Assembly (NCBI RefSeq): GCF_006345805.1
Contig: NC_043003.1
Location: forward strand, 23,374,001-23,438,000
From: Octopus sinensis
Taxonomy: Eukaryota
Reading direction: 5' to 3'
DNA length: 64,000 nt
In this document: one piece after another, positions 1 through 10,338 of the stretch
Position numbering within the stretch: position 1 is the stretch's first letter
Layout: each line of letters begins with the position of its first letter
Notes under the pieces: generated by a model
What the model saw: only the letters and a program-made list of their open reading frames with translations
What the model was told of the DNA's origin: nothing
The model's database searches: none
Program-made: the position numbers and the translations under genes

Positions 1-612
1 CTTTTGTATCGTAAAAATTAAACGAATAAAAACATATAAAAATATACAAATGCACACAAATATACAGAAAATATTTAACACATGCATAAACGAAGAAACA
101 TAAACACATACACGATGAACGATACATTGAAGAATACACGAAAACATACGTACACATGCTTAGACGGAGAGAAACGAAGGCAGATACTATAGCACTGCAA
201 TTCGTCAGTAACAATGATAAGACGTTGCTATTCTACAGTGCATGTCAAGTACCATTGCTGAATAGTTTATTAAATAATTCAATTAGAGTGTCTAGGAAGA
301 GGTTGTTAATAATTCTACGAGAATTGTTCTCCAATTAATTGTATGTTGATTTAATTAATTCGTTATATCTGCCAGCTTCGCCTGCACAGGCTGCATTTAA
401 AGGGTTTCTAATGGCAGTAAATCTATTTATTTTTATAGGTTAGAGTTAAACGGTACGCATATGGTTCATATAACTACGCACTCATGCAAGACGCGCGGAC
501 ACACAGACACACAGACATATAGATGCACATACAGACACACACATGCACACACGCATATATTCATATATGCATAAATGTACTTACGTGAATGTATATATAT
601 ACATATGTAGGT

Positions 613-882
613 GGAGGTGCAATGACCCACTGGTTAGGGCAGCGGACTGGCGGTCGGAGGATCGTGGTTTCGATTCCCAGACCGGGCGTTGTGTGTGTTT
701 ATTGAGCGAAAACATCTAAAGCTCCACGAGACTCCGGCAGTGAGTGGTGGTGACCCCTGTTGTACTCTTTCGCCCCGATATTCTCTCACTCTTTCTACCT
801 GTTTCTTGAGTAACGCTGCGATGGACTGGCGTCCGTCTAGCTGATGGGGGACACATACGCCATAGAAACCGGGAAAACAGGC
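613..882 (+). mobile_element. tRNA-derived SINE (head type A + tail type X)
   Basis: A-box/B-box-like head GGAGGTGCAATGACCCACTGGTTAGGGCAGCGGAC...GGTTTCGATTCCC; homologous over its length to 59175-59472. Confidence 0.85.
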
Positions 883-904
883 CTAGAGGTGTGTAGGTCA
901 TGTA

Positions 905-1097
905 GACTTATAAGGCCGGTGTCTCCGTTTCCACGGCGTATATACTCCCCATCTGGATGGGACGCCAGATGAGTGGACTGAAGCAACATGAAACGAAGTG
1001 TTTTGCTGAAGAACACAACGCATCACCCTGTCCAGGAACTGAAACCAAAATCTTGCGATCATAAATCCAATACCCCAACCACCAAGCCACGCGCATG
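905..1097 (-). mobile_element. tRNA-derived SINE (CORE-like head type B + tail type X)
   Basis: Minus strand reads GCGCGTGGCTTGGTGGTTGGGG...GGTTTCAGTTCC, then CTTCAGCAAAACACTTCGTTTCATGTTGCTTCAGTCCACTCA, then the same tail as 613-882. Confidence 0.75.
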
Positions 1098-1194
1098 TGG
1101 ACGTATGTATGTCATGCCCTTAATTCTTTTAGTGAATGCCCTCTGGCGTGATTCAGGGAACAGCAGTATTCGAGGTGTCGCCGTAGAAAGGAGG

Positions 1195-1615
1195 AGAAAA
1201 GAGGAATGATGACACCTTGTTCTTTGGACCAGAAGGTTCTTAGGATCCAGGAGCTCACCTTACGAGCTATATCGACATTATTGTTGATGTCGGTACTCCG
1301 GATGAGATAGTTGCCAACGATTAGTCCTAGATCTCTGATATGATTAAATGCCGTTAGTACCCCAGAAGAAAGAGAATATGGTATGCATCAGTTCAAATTT
1401 TCCCTCGTTTAATCGCATGTTGTTTTGCAGCATAAATTGTTTTACAGCATATTTAATCGCATTTTCACTTACAGCATATAGATCAGACTGGAGTTCAGTT
1501 CTGTCTTCTTCGCCGTTGTTAATTTTTTGGTTCATGGAGTCATCGGCGAATATTTTCACTTTGCTGTATTTGATGACGCCTGAAAAGTCGTCTATATAGA
1601 CTATAAACAGAAATG
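1195..1615 (-). mobile_element. CR1/L2-group LINE fragment (RT C-terminal part)
   Basis: Translation PFLFIVYIDD...KVKIFADD...DL...NNMRLNEGKFELM...IRDLGLIV...ARKVSSWILRTF, with frameshifts. Confidence 0.85.
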
Positions 1616-1619
1616 GTGT

Positions 1620-2489
1620 TTTACTCAACCGCACACCATACCTAGTAATACATGTGATTACAATCGGAAAAATTAAGAGATCAGAAATTGGGGATAGTGC
1701 AATGGCAAAACTTTTCCAACAACCATTTCTAACTCTTTCCGGAGGTATGGCAATGAACTAAATTCCTGCTACCACACATATCGCCTTCCAGCAGCAACGC
1801 CATCAACCCAGTTTCTAGCAGCTACACATAGACATCTGAATTAAACTTAAGGCCCTGTTCGAAAATGTGGGACGCTAGAACATTACTCTTACTGGAGTGA
1901 CACACACAAAGACCAACACTATGTGGGGAAACTTGGCTTTCACGATACCTGGATCTTCATATGGATTCTAAGCAAGTTACCTTTTTTTAAGCGTGTTATG
2001 CAACTGTTTATGGCGGAAGTTCTTTTCAGCTGATGTAAACCAGATCATCGCTGGCTGAACGGGATGCCTCGGTTTGTTCAGGAGCTTCGTTGCCTTCGTA
2101 AATCGGTTTTGTTGGCCTTCGCTGTCAGAACTTTTACTTTGTGCCTCTTGTACGATTAGCAGCGAGTATCTTCATTTGGAGCCATCTGCATGGTGGCAAC
2201 ACAACGCCGATCTCTCTCGCCAAAGACCGGATTCCCTGACTCGGATTTTTTATCAACTTGCATTGCAGTTGTTCGTTAAATACGGCGTGCAGACACAGTT
2301 AGAACCTCTGCTGTTACATTTTCTGCTGGTCACAACTTCGTAGTTTCTGTCTATGTCATATCTGGCAGCCTATACAGTATTCACAGGTCATTGAGCAGCA
2401 TTCGTGATGTCGGAATTTTGATGCCCCGTGTGAATCATCATTACACATGTGAGACTTTTCTAATATTCAGGTGTCCTCCATTTCACCAT
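1620..2489 (-). pseudogene. Tc1/mariner superfamily transposase relic, maT (DD37D)-like
   Basis: Broken minus-strand translation: MVKWRTPE..., NPSQGIRSLAREIG, KATKLLNKPRHPVQPAMIWF, KAKFPHIVLV, PHIFEQGLKFNSDVY, WVDGVAAGRRYVW, DCNHMYY*VW.AVE; many stops and frameshifts. Confidence 0.8.
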
Positions 2490-2624
2490 GTGCATTAACT
2501 TTTTGTCAACTACAACTTTAAAAATTATGTTCTCCAACGCCGTTGATTATTCAAAAATACAACATGTAGCAGTTCCTGAAAAAAGAGACAAAGAAAGTCG
2601 TTAAACTTGGCTCGAAAACTGTGT

Positions 2625-2647
2625 ACACACACATACATACACACAGG

Positions 2648-2705
<58 letters not shown>
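2625..2705. repeat. (CA)/(TA)n compound microsatellite
   Basis: Direct inspection. Confidence 0.95.
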
Positions 2706-2717
2706 TATATATACTCG

Positions 2718-2872
2718 TAGGAGTGGCTGTGTGGTAAGTAGTTTGCTTACGAACCACATGGTTCCGGGTTCACTCCCACTGCGTGGCACCTTGGGTAAGT
2801 GCATTCTACTAAAGGCGGCGCTCCAGCATGGCCACAGTCAAAAGACTGAAACAAGTGTAAAAACAAGTGAAA
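2718..2872 (+). mobile_element. SINE family 2, internally deleted copy
   Basis: Head GGAGTGGCTGTGTGGTAAG...GGTTCACTCCC joined directly to tail AAAGGCGGCGCTCCAGCATGGCCACAGTC; compare the full copy at 37768-38162. Confidence 0.85.
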
Positions 2873-2879
2873 AAGTGTA

Positions 2880-2937
2880 TATAGACGTACATTTATATAT
2901 ACATATATATGTATATGTATGTATATATATATATATA

Positions 2938-3005
<68 letters not shown>

Positions 3006-3058
3006 ATGTGTGTGTGTGTGTATGTGTGTGTATATGTATATGTAATTATGTATATGCA
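2880..3058. repeat. (TA)/(TG)n compound microsatellite
   Basis: Direct inspection; source of several poly-YI/CV ORFs. Confidence 0.95.
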
Positions 3059-3394
3059 CAAATATAATTGCGATTTTCTGAAATGTTTGATGGTTGATAT
3101 TGTACAAAGTCCATACAGATAGTACTAACAGTGAAGTCTTACGAGAGAATATCTTTGAAAGCTATATTTCCTTTTCACACTAATCACATGTTTTTACTTT
3201 GACAGTTGTTATCAGTAAAATTTTGGCTTTACTTCAAGAAGTAAACTATCTTCTCTGTAGAAAGTAATTGAAGACATAGAGTATCTATATTATTCTACTG
3301 TGACACGACTATTTTGAGAATGCTGTAAGTTTTAAATTGTACAACATCATTATTACTATATAACGGAAAAATGTATACGGCTGAAGAAATAATA

Positions 3395-3959
3395 TTGGGT
3401 TGTCCGGAAAGTTCGTGCCGTTTTGTAGTAGCTTACCTTTCGACTTACTTTAAAACATGGTTGAATCCATAAAATAGGATTTGACTACACCTCCATTTAG
3501 AGCACAGCTTAAGCTTTCTTTTCGTGGAAGAAGGTTTATGTTCCTATAACCTGTGTTAATTCTGTAACCCTTTAAAATGGAAGATAAGAAAGTTCATTTT
3601 CGGCACTTGATGCTTTGGGAACCAGACAAAAATTGCTGCAGCTCGGCTGGGATGTGTTACCCCACCCTCCATATTCACTAGATATTGCTCCTTCGGATTT
3701 CCACTTATTCAGGTCCCTGCAGAATAGTCTTAATAGTAAAACTTTCAATTCCTTGGCTGACGTAAAAAGATACCTTGATGAATTCTTTGCCATGAAACCA
3801 CCTCAATTCTGGGAAGGCGGTATTTTCAAGTTAAAGAAAAGATGGAGACACATAGTGTAACAAAATGGTTCATATTTGGTTGATTAAAAATGTAATGGCA
3901 AGTATTTATTGACGTTTTTCATTCCTTAAAAATCGGCACGAACTTTCCGGACAACCCAA
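3395..3959 (+). mobile_element. Non-autonomous mariner (internal-deletion derivative), copy 1
   Basis: TIRs TTGGGTTGTCCGGAAAGTTCGTGCCG / CGGCACGAACTTTCCGGACAACCCAA flanked by TA on both sides; MEDKKVHFRHLMLWE fused to TRQKLLQLGWDVLPHPPYSLDIAPSDFHLFRSLQ. Confidence 0.95.
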
Positions 3960-4009
3960 TAGTGGGTATCCCGTTATACAGATGATGTACAGAAATATAA
4001 TATACAATG

Positions 4010-4150
4010 CATACATACATACATACATACTACATACATACATACATACATACATACATACTACATACATACATACATACATACATACATACATACATAC
4101 ATACATACATACATACATACATACATACATACATACGTTCATACATACAT
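4010..4150. repeat. (ATAC)n microsatellite
   Basis: Direct inspection. Confidence 0.95.
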
Positions 4151-4151
4151 A

Positions 4152-4520
4152 TGAATATCTCTGAAAACTCAAAGACAAGAAAGACAACTATGGACAACTG
4201 CTTCGGAACCTCCAGCTCCTATATCCGAATTATAAATTTACATTGATACCAATAATAATAATTGGTGCACTTTGTTCTGTGAATGAATGTTTAACTGTTA
4301 GACTGGATAATCTTGGATTTTCAGAAAAAGAAATCAACAAACTAACTTGTACATTACAGATACAACCTGTAAGTGTAACAGTAAGACTATGAAAAATTTT
4401 TCCCCGGGGCATGTGACGTTGTTTTCGTTATCTATTGTCCAACGATGGAACTTTCTATCATTGTTAGAAACCAGCTCCGTCTTCAAAGGAAGTATTAAAT
4501 AATTAAAACCAGAGAAATAC
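4152..4520 (+). mobile_element. 5'-truncated R4/Dong-clade (RLE) non-LTR retrotransposon, 3' end
   Basis: NISLKTQDKKDNYGQLLRNLQLLYPNYKFTLIPIIIGALCSV...LDNLGFSEKEI; closely matches the C-terminus of the minus-strand copy at 22815-23110. Confidence 0.8.
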
Positions 4521-4814
4521 ATACATACACACACACACACACACGCATGCGTACATACATACATACATATACAGGACACAAACAAGCCCGTCTGGAGAAA
4601 AATATGCTTGAACTTGGCTTCTTGGGGAGAGAACGAATTCCTTAACTCATTCACTACAGATAACGATATCACCGAAATATTTCCAAACAATAAATTCCAC
4701 ATAGAATACCTATTGTTTCCTATAAATTAATCACAGAGAATATCAGGGAAAGAAAAAAGAAATAAGTCGCATCATTAACAATATTTTATTAATTGTTTGT
4801 AACGCGTGTTTATG

Positions 4815-5024
4815 TTCTCTCTCTCTCTCTCTCACTGTCGCTCCCTCCGTCTATCTCAATATATATACATTATATATATATATACACAAACATATTCATA
4901 TACATACATACGTACATATATATATATATATTATATATATATATATATATACATATACATACACACACGCACATATATATACATATAAATACATATATAT
5001 ATGCATATAAATACACACACACAC

Positions 5025-5083
<59 letters not shown>

Positions 5084-5093
5084 ATATATATAT
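4815..5093. repeat. (CT)/(TA)/(CA)n compound microsatellite
   Basis: Direct inspection. Confidence 0.95.
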
Positions 5094-6480
5094 AATTAAT
5101 CATGAGACTTCAACAAAACTTAGATGTATGCAATCACAGAGCCCGTTTATAATGTGAAGGCCTGCTCTGAGGCCCAGCATTCCGAATTCTTTTACAGGGC
5201 TTAGAGAAACTGAATTACCACTGTAATAAATGCATGAATCTGAGAGGGAAATATATTGTACAAAATCACAATTAACTGATCTTCCCGTATTTTAATTTTT
5301 ATCCAAAGCTAAGAACTTGCCTCGTAGTATCCAGACATGCTAATCAGTTGAATATTAAAGATCGAGATACCTTGGCAAACGGTTAGTAATCAACAAACGC
5401 CTTATCTCTTCTCTTTCTACTGTGTTATTTGGTCCTATGCACCGGTAGGCAACCCAGACACTATCTGGCACGATCCATTAAATACGCTCACATTTTCTCT
5501 CAACATTTGTGCTTACTTTTTCAGCACACATGAATTTCCACATCGTGTTTCCTTCTTATATACAAAGAGATGTTCTTTCTTACTTGATCAATTTTATAAA
5601 TTACTTTAGCCTATCCAGCTTGTAATCATCTAACGTCATATGAGCATTTCTTTGTAAAAAGAAAAATATAGCATGACGTCATCAAATTTTAAAACTTTTT
5701 TCCAAACTTATTCGTCGAAACCAGATTAAGTAAAGGGAATATAGAAAATAAAACAGCGCGCTCATTACTAAAAGTAATTATCAAGAACAAAAGATTATCA
5801 CACGTTTGGAGACTTTATTTTTGGTTTATCATGTTTGTTTTCCTTATTAGATTCTACAGTTTTTTGCCTTTCGTGATCATTTTATTATATTTTTTCCACC
5901 GAAACTTTCGTAACCATTAAGAAACGGATAACACAAATCGAAAATAAAATTAATAATAGTCAGTTACTATGTCTAAAGCCAAGCAACTCTGGTTTGCTTT
6001 AGTTTAATGTTTAAAATTTCTAATTCGAAAACAGGCAAAAAATATTGTTTCTAGCCTGATGAATAAAGTTTTATTGAATACAAATTCCAATTAGTATTTT
6101 CGTTTGAAAACAAATTACGTTTCTTTTTCCTTGAAGAACAATAAAGAAAGGAAAAAAAAAACAGAAAAGTTTTCATCTAACCAAAGTAAATTAAATGAAA
6201 ACATTCCACGAAAGTAAGGAATATAAATAAAAAAAATAGATGCGGATACATATTAATTTATTTATGTATTTAAAACATAGGCTAAGATGAATTCTGGTAC
6301 TGGTTGGTGACGTTATTGGATATTTTCCTCACTGACTCATTATTGAGGTTTAAGATATCCATGTGATGTGAAGTCAACGCAAGGTAAAATATTTTCTTGA
6401 TTATTATGTGTATCTTCAAATGCATGTAGTTCATTCCACACATTTCTTCATATCAGAATTGATAACAGAATCGTTAGGTA

Positions 6481-8650
6481 CACTGTGCAACACTCAAAAA
6501 ATACAGAGATCTGTGGCCATTTTTATATGCCAAATAACATGGGAAATCCATTACTTGCCTTCTTTTTGTTGAATTAGGTTTCTACAAAATTGTCACTGTA
6601 TACCCTTTTTGTCATTATTATTAAATACAATTCTCTACCATATTGTAAAATGGGTTACAACCCAGGGCTAGAGACCAATCTTAGTAACACATACAATGTG
6701 ATTCAAAGCTTGTGTTTAATGTTATTTTTTATCTTTCATATCTTATTTGTTTTCAACCATGAGTGCAGGACAGTGCAAAAATGACCCAAACAGATTCTGT
6801 TATATCTGTCGGGAATTGACTTTTGCTATTTCCACGCCATATCAAGAAAATATGCAAGGCGTACTTCGATTGTTACTTAGGAGACCAGGATAAGTCATGG
6901 GCTCCTCGTGTGTATTGCCTTACATGTGTGAAGACATTGAGTGCCTGGTATGCAGGAAAAAATGTTCACATGAAGTTTGGTGTGCCAATGATTTGGTGTG
7001 AACAGAAAGATCACTCTAATGATTGCTATTTCTGTCACTATGACGTTACAGGCTGTACAACAGCAAAGAAAAAGAAATACATTGTTTACCCAAATTTGCA
7101 ATCAGTAATGCGCCCAGTAGAACACGCAGAACATTTACCTGTGCCCAAACCTTCAGATCAAGAAATGCAGAGTTCCAGCAGTGCTGATGAACATTCCAGT
7201 GGTGAATGTGTGGAACTCAATGATCCAGAAAGCAAGAATAAACCAATACCATTTTCTCAAGAGGCTCTAGATGACTTGTGCAGGGATCTCTATTTAACCA
7301 AAGAGAAAACTGTCTTTCTGGCATTAAGACTTCAAGAACGTAATCGTCTTGAGAAAGGAGTGAAGATAACACTGTACAGAGGATCTGCTTGCATTATTCA
7401 CTATGAATGATGATTTATGCTTTTGTAATGACACCATTGAACTTTTTGAGCAACTGGAAATACCATATGATAAAACCAACTGGCAACTTTTCCTAGATGC
7501 ATCCAAGGACAGCATGAAAACTGTTCTGCTACACAATGGTAAAACTCAGCCTTTTGTTCCCATAGCTTATAGCACAACCATGAAAGAATCATATGAAAAT
7601 CTGAAAGCAATTCTAACAAGCATACAGTATGATGACCATACCTGGCATATTTGTGCAGATTTTAAGGTTGTGACCATACTTACTGACCTTCAGCTTGGCT
7701 ATACTAAATTTTGCTACTTCCTGTGCTTATGGAATTCCGGATCAAGAGCTGAACATTATGTACGCAAGGATTGGCCGATCCGAGATGAAACTGAGCAAGG
7801 AAAACACAGCATCAGGCACAAATCACGTGTGAAAAGTGATAGAATTATTTTTACCACCTTTGCATATTAAACTTGCTTTGTTTAAGCAATTTGTGAAAGC
7901 CTTGGACAAGGAACCCTCCACATTTGCATATCTTGCAGAAAAGTTCCCTTCCCTGAGTCAAGCTAAAATTAAAGAAAGTTTCTTCATAGGTCCCCAAATT
8001 CTAAAAATTGTACTTGATGAAACCTTCATCACACATCTCAAGAGAAAAGAGAAGCTTGCCTTAAGTCATTCAAGAAAGTTAACGATAACTTCCTGGGCAA
8101 CCATCGTTCAAAAGAATATGTGCAAGTTGTGAATGATCTGCTGAGTTATCACCATGATATGGTATGTAACATGTCTCTAAAAGTTCATGTGCTTCACTCT
8201 CATTTGGATTTTTTTTCGGAAAATCTTGGTGATATGAGTGATGAACATGGAGAAAGATTCCATCAGGATATTTCAGTGATGGAGCGACGATTCAAAGGAA
8301 AATGGTACCCTACCATGTTGACAGACTACTGCTGGGGTATAAAAATAGATCACACTCCGCACAAGACGCTTAGAAGGACAAAAGTTGTTTAAACTGACAG
8401 GTGTTTTTAATTCATAACCAATATATGTTTTGTTATACCAACTAAATTTTTGTTTTGTTTTTTTTTGTAACTTTCAGTATTTGCAATGTTGTGTTCAATA
8501 CGCAATATTATGCAGTATATTATAAAACATATGGTTCATGGTACAGGAAAACGGTGCCTAATCTGGAGAAATAAACGTCAGAATCAGAATCAGGACCCAG
8601 AATCAAGTCTTACTTGTACTTTTTTTGAACCTGAAATTTGTTGCACAGTG
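6481..8650 (+). mobile_element. Full-length Chapaev3-type (CMC superfamily) DNA transposon
   Basis: 12-bp TIRs CACTGTGCAACA (6481-6492) / TGTTGCACAGTG (8639-8650); 3-bp TSD GTA at 6478-6480 and 8651-8653; internal transposase. Family name from recall of CAC...GTG termini, 3-bp TSD and protein motifs. Confidence 0.8.
6759..8392 (+). pseudogene. Frameshifted Chapaev3-type DDE transposase
   Basis: MSAGQCKNDPNRFCYIC...GDQDKSWAP..C..C...FGVPMIW.EQKDHSNDCYFC (Cys-rich N-terminus); QLFLDASK, ICADFKVV, LQLGYTKF, LPPLHIKL, HFLHSH-like HVLHSHLDFF, SDEHGERFHQDI; split over at least 5 reading-frame segments. Confidence 0.85.
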
Positions 8651-8775
8651 GTACAGACTTCTGAAAGGAGAATAAGAAATTCATTGCATTTTTGACATTA
8701 AGAATAGCAGTAAACTATTTCTACCTTTCTGTAGAAGAAACATCTCGAATGACTTCGGTAATCAATCGCCGATAC

Positions 8776-8776
8776 G

Positions 8777-8864
<88 letters not shown>

Positions 8865-8915
8865 ATGTCTGCCTGTCTGTCTGTCTGTCTGTCTGCCTGT
8901 CTACCTATCTATCTC
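8776..8915. repeat. (TATC)n/(TGTC)n microsatellite
   Basis: Direct inspection. Confidence 0.95.
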
Positions 8916-9144
8916 CACCTTTCTATCGACTGACGTGATGTCGCATCGGCTTCGCAGGTAATCCCTTTTTTCGACCTTCTATTGCACACATTTTGTTCCA
9001 ATTTTTGCACACAAAGTGTGTAAAGCACCCAGCTTTTGTTTGAATGTATTTTCAAGGGAGAAATTGACCTTTAAGGGTCAGTTTCAAACTTGTTTACCTT
9101 TCCATTTTCTTCGATTTCCTTGCCGTATTTCTAAACAAATATAG

Positions 9145-9494
9145 CTAAGCGACACGATGATGCCGACTTGCTGCCTCTGCCAATGCTAGAGGCGAAGGAA
9201 GCTGAAAACAAAGGCGTTCCGCGTGAACGTACACTGCCGTTAGAAAGCGCTTCTGCTACTACAACCACTGGCTCTACCACTGCTACCACCATAACCGCCA
9301 TCACCACCACAACCAATACGAATACCGAAAACAATTTTGTCGCAGCTTTAAAGCTAAAGAAATCACTCGTATCGTTTTCGAAGGATGAACTACTTGTCTG
9401 TAAAGCAATGTTAAAAAAGAAGACGACCTCAGCATACAACTACAGACACCACAAGACATCACAGAAAAAATTATTTACAAGACACTCAACCTAA
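9145..9494 (+). CDS. Candidate terminal exon of an unidentified host gene (unverified)
   Basis: Non-repeat frame open 9135-9494 (KRHDDADLLPLP...FVAALKLKKSLVSFSKDELLVCKAMLKKK...*), AG at 9143-9144 with a pyrimidine-rich stretch further upstream; no recognised homology. Confidence 0.3.
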
Positions 9495-9589
9495 AACCAA
9501 GCCTATATGAAAAGGCCACACAAGAAAATGTTGAAAAATATTAAAACCCTATATTATTAGGAGAAACAAATTTGACACTAATACATCTT

Positions 9590-9665
<76 letters not shown>

Positions 9666-9779
9666 GGGTACACGTGTCTGTGGAGTGCTCAGCCACTTAC
9701 ACGTTAATTTCACGAGCAGGCTGTTCCGTTGATCGGATCAACCCGAACCCTCGTCGTCGTAACCGACGGAGTGCTTCCA
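9666..9779 (+). mobile_element. Isolated SINE tail type Y
   Basis: GGGTACACGTGTCTGTGGAGTGCTCAGCCACTTACACGTTAATTTCACGAGCAGG...GACGGAGTGCTTCC; near-identical to the tail of 55306-55688. Confidence 0.8.
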
Positions 9780-10223
9780 AACAAGAAAGCACAAAAAAAC
9801 ACAACAACGCGAGGACGTGGAACAAATATAGTATGATTGGACGCTCAAGAAAGAAGGAAAGAAGGAGGGTTTAACGTTTCGAGCGGAGCTCTTCGTCGGA
9901 AACATAGGAGAAGGAAAGATCCAGAGAAGGGAAGACAGAGGGAAAAAAAATCGCCAACGGTACGCACGAGGTCACATTTTGAAAGCTTTGCAAAGTTTGA
10001 GGTGGCGCTGGAACTGGTTGACGTCGGTCCGTGTCTCAAATTCGTCACAGTGGCGCGTGAGAGGCGTGAAGCGGAGTCCCTTACTGAGGAGTGAGCGCTC
10101 GGCAGCGGAGAGAGGGAAATTGGGGGGTATAGTGACAACAGTGCGAGGAAGAAGGGTGGTGGGATGAGTGGGGTCAGGAAGAGGGGGTGCAGAGGTGTGG
10201 GGAGGCGAGTTGGGATGGTTGGG

Positions 10224-10225
<2 letters not shown>
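9780..10225 (-). mobile_element. Penelope-like element, internally deleted (ORF N-terminus joined to 3' tail)
   Basis: VVTIPPNFPLSAAERSLLSKGLRFTP...FQRHLKL (PLE N-terminal motif) followed by a pyrimidine-rich tail shared with 56445-56640. Confidence 0.75.
9869..9903 (-). ncRNA. Minimal type I hammerhead-ribozyme-like motif (decayed core)
   Basis: GTTT-CCGACGA-A-GAGC-TCC-GCTC-GAAAC-GTT-AAAC. Confidence 0.55.
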
Positions 10226-10259
<34 letters not shown>

Positions 10260-10277
10260 CATATATACACACACACA

Positions 10278-10338
<61 letters not shown>

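Noticed and set aside
613-690. Possible tRNA genes (also 59175, 55688, 37768, 15702)
   Set aside because: Each tRNA-like segment continues into a SINE body and lacks a complete acceptor stem, so these are SINE heads.
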